Shown: one piece after another, positions 48,258 to 48,768 of the stretch
How positions within the stretch are numbered: the stretch's first letter is position 1
How the letters are laid out: each line of letters begins with the position of its first letter
From: an uncultured bacterium
GTDB taxonomy: Bacteria > Gemmatimonadota > Gemmatimonadetes > Palauibacterales > Palauibacteraceae
DNA length: 48,768 nucleotides
NCBI GenBank assembly: GCA_965364445.1
Contig: CBDTXM010000003.1
Span: forward strand, 1 to 48,768
Direction: 5' to 3'
Made by a program: the position numbers and the translations under genes
Notes under the pieces: generated by a model
What the model saw: only the letters and a program-made list of their open reading frames with translations
What the model was told of the DNA's origin: nothing
Databases searched by the model: none

Positions 48258-48768
48258 CTCTTCTCTCCCTTCGGTTCTCCCAGCTCCTCGACGAGGAGCA
48301 TCTCGGCCTCGCCGCGCTCCACCAGCGCAGTGCGGCCCGCAAGAATCAGCCACAGGATTCCCAGCAGGATTGCCGCCTGGAGACTCACGACGACCGTTGC
48401 AGATCCAGCGGTCAGCCCGTCGACGAAATGCTTCGCCGCAAGGTCCGGGGAGGCCGCGGCCGCCTCTGCAACCCTTCGCAAGCCGAACCACCACAGTGTG
48501 AGTCCCGTAGCGACCGTCAGACCTCCGAGGCCGAGGATCGCATCGAGCCCCCGTCGCAGCCGCAGCGGATCGTGCTCGTCCCGTCCCCAGAGCGCGTACG
48601 CCTTCGAGACCGCGAGCAGGATGCCCGGGATCGCAACGATCGCGATGATCGACAGTCCCCTGCCGGTGTCGGCCAGGAGTCCCTGCGACGGCAGGAGCGC
48701 CCGGGTGCCGGCCAGCAGGAAGTCGAGGAGCGCACCGAGCGCAATTCGCTCCCAGCGGCGCCTGCCTC
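48254..48768 (-). CDS. Multi-TM membrane protein, C-terminal part (runs off the right edge)
   Basis: The frame of track ORF 48254..48481 stays open to the window end: ...WERIALGALL...GLDAILGLGGL...LLGILWLIL... Confidence 0.75.
   Translation of the reverse strand, partial: GRRRWERIALGALLDFLLAGTRALLPSQGLLADTGRGLSIIAIVAIPGILLAVSKAYALWGRDEHDPLRLRRGLDAILGLGGLTVATGLTLWWFGLRRVAEAAAASPDLAAKHFVDGLTAGSATVVVSLQAAILLGILWLILAGRTALVERGEAEMLLVEELGEPKGEKR

Noticed and set aside
1-48768. CRISPR arrays, tRNA/rRNA, IS elements, prophage genes
   Set aside because: No spaced repeats, RNA-gene signatures, transposase, integrase or phage structural motifs were seen.

Overview
GC-rich, gene-dense bacterial chromosomal segment, probably Gemmatimonadota. 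That placement is inferred from the Hanks kinase-TM-TolB-like-TPR protein, the BTAD-AAA regulator, the 6-bladed propeller lipoprotein and the 'MYSTCLFC' Zn-finger protein. I found no rRNA, tRNA, CRISPR array, integrase or transposase. In order, the window holds: a TolB-like/TPR membrane protein; a hidden 46-aa ORF behind a sigma54-like promoter; panD-panG-panB-panC; a thermonuclease; a stand-alone octaheme HAO-family cytochrome; aroF-menF-menD-menB-menA-menC-menE (no menH); a DmpA peptidase with an SSS symporter; a rhodanese-MBL fusion; an Xaa-Pro aminopeptidase / hydroxylysine-kinase-like / phospho-lyase-like / DadA-like cluster, in which two genes appear to start at CTG; a Ser/Thr kinase coupled to a sensor-less SARP-STAND activator upstream of an EEP lipoprotein whose promoter has 11-bp-phased repeats; pdxH; a cytochrome c peroxidase; and apbE-doxX-gfo-MFS-gfo-DUF1080. 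The best candidate novel system is this last operon. A signal-less ApbE flavin transferase sits beside a twin-arginine Gfo/Idh/MocA dehydrogenase that carries a flavinylation-like motif (DAVTTAT) and a DoxX membrane protein. This suggests a covalently flavinylated, quinone-coupled glycoside 3-dehydrogenase. All family calls come from reading motifs; no database searches were run.
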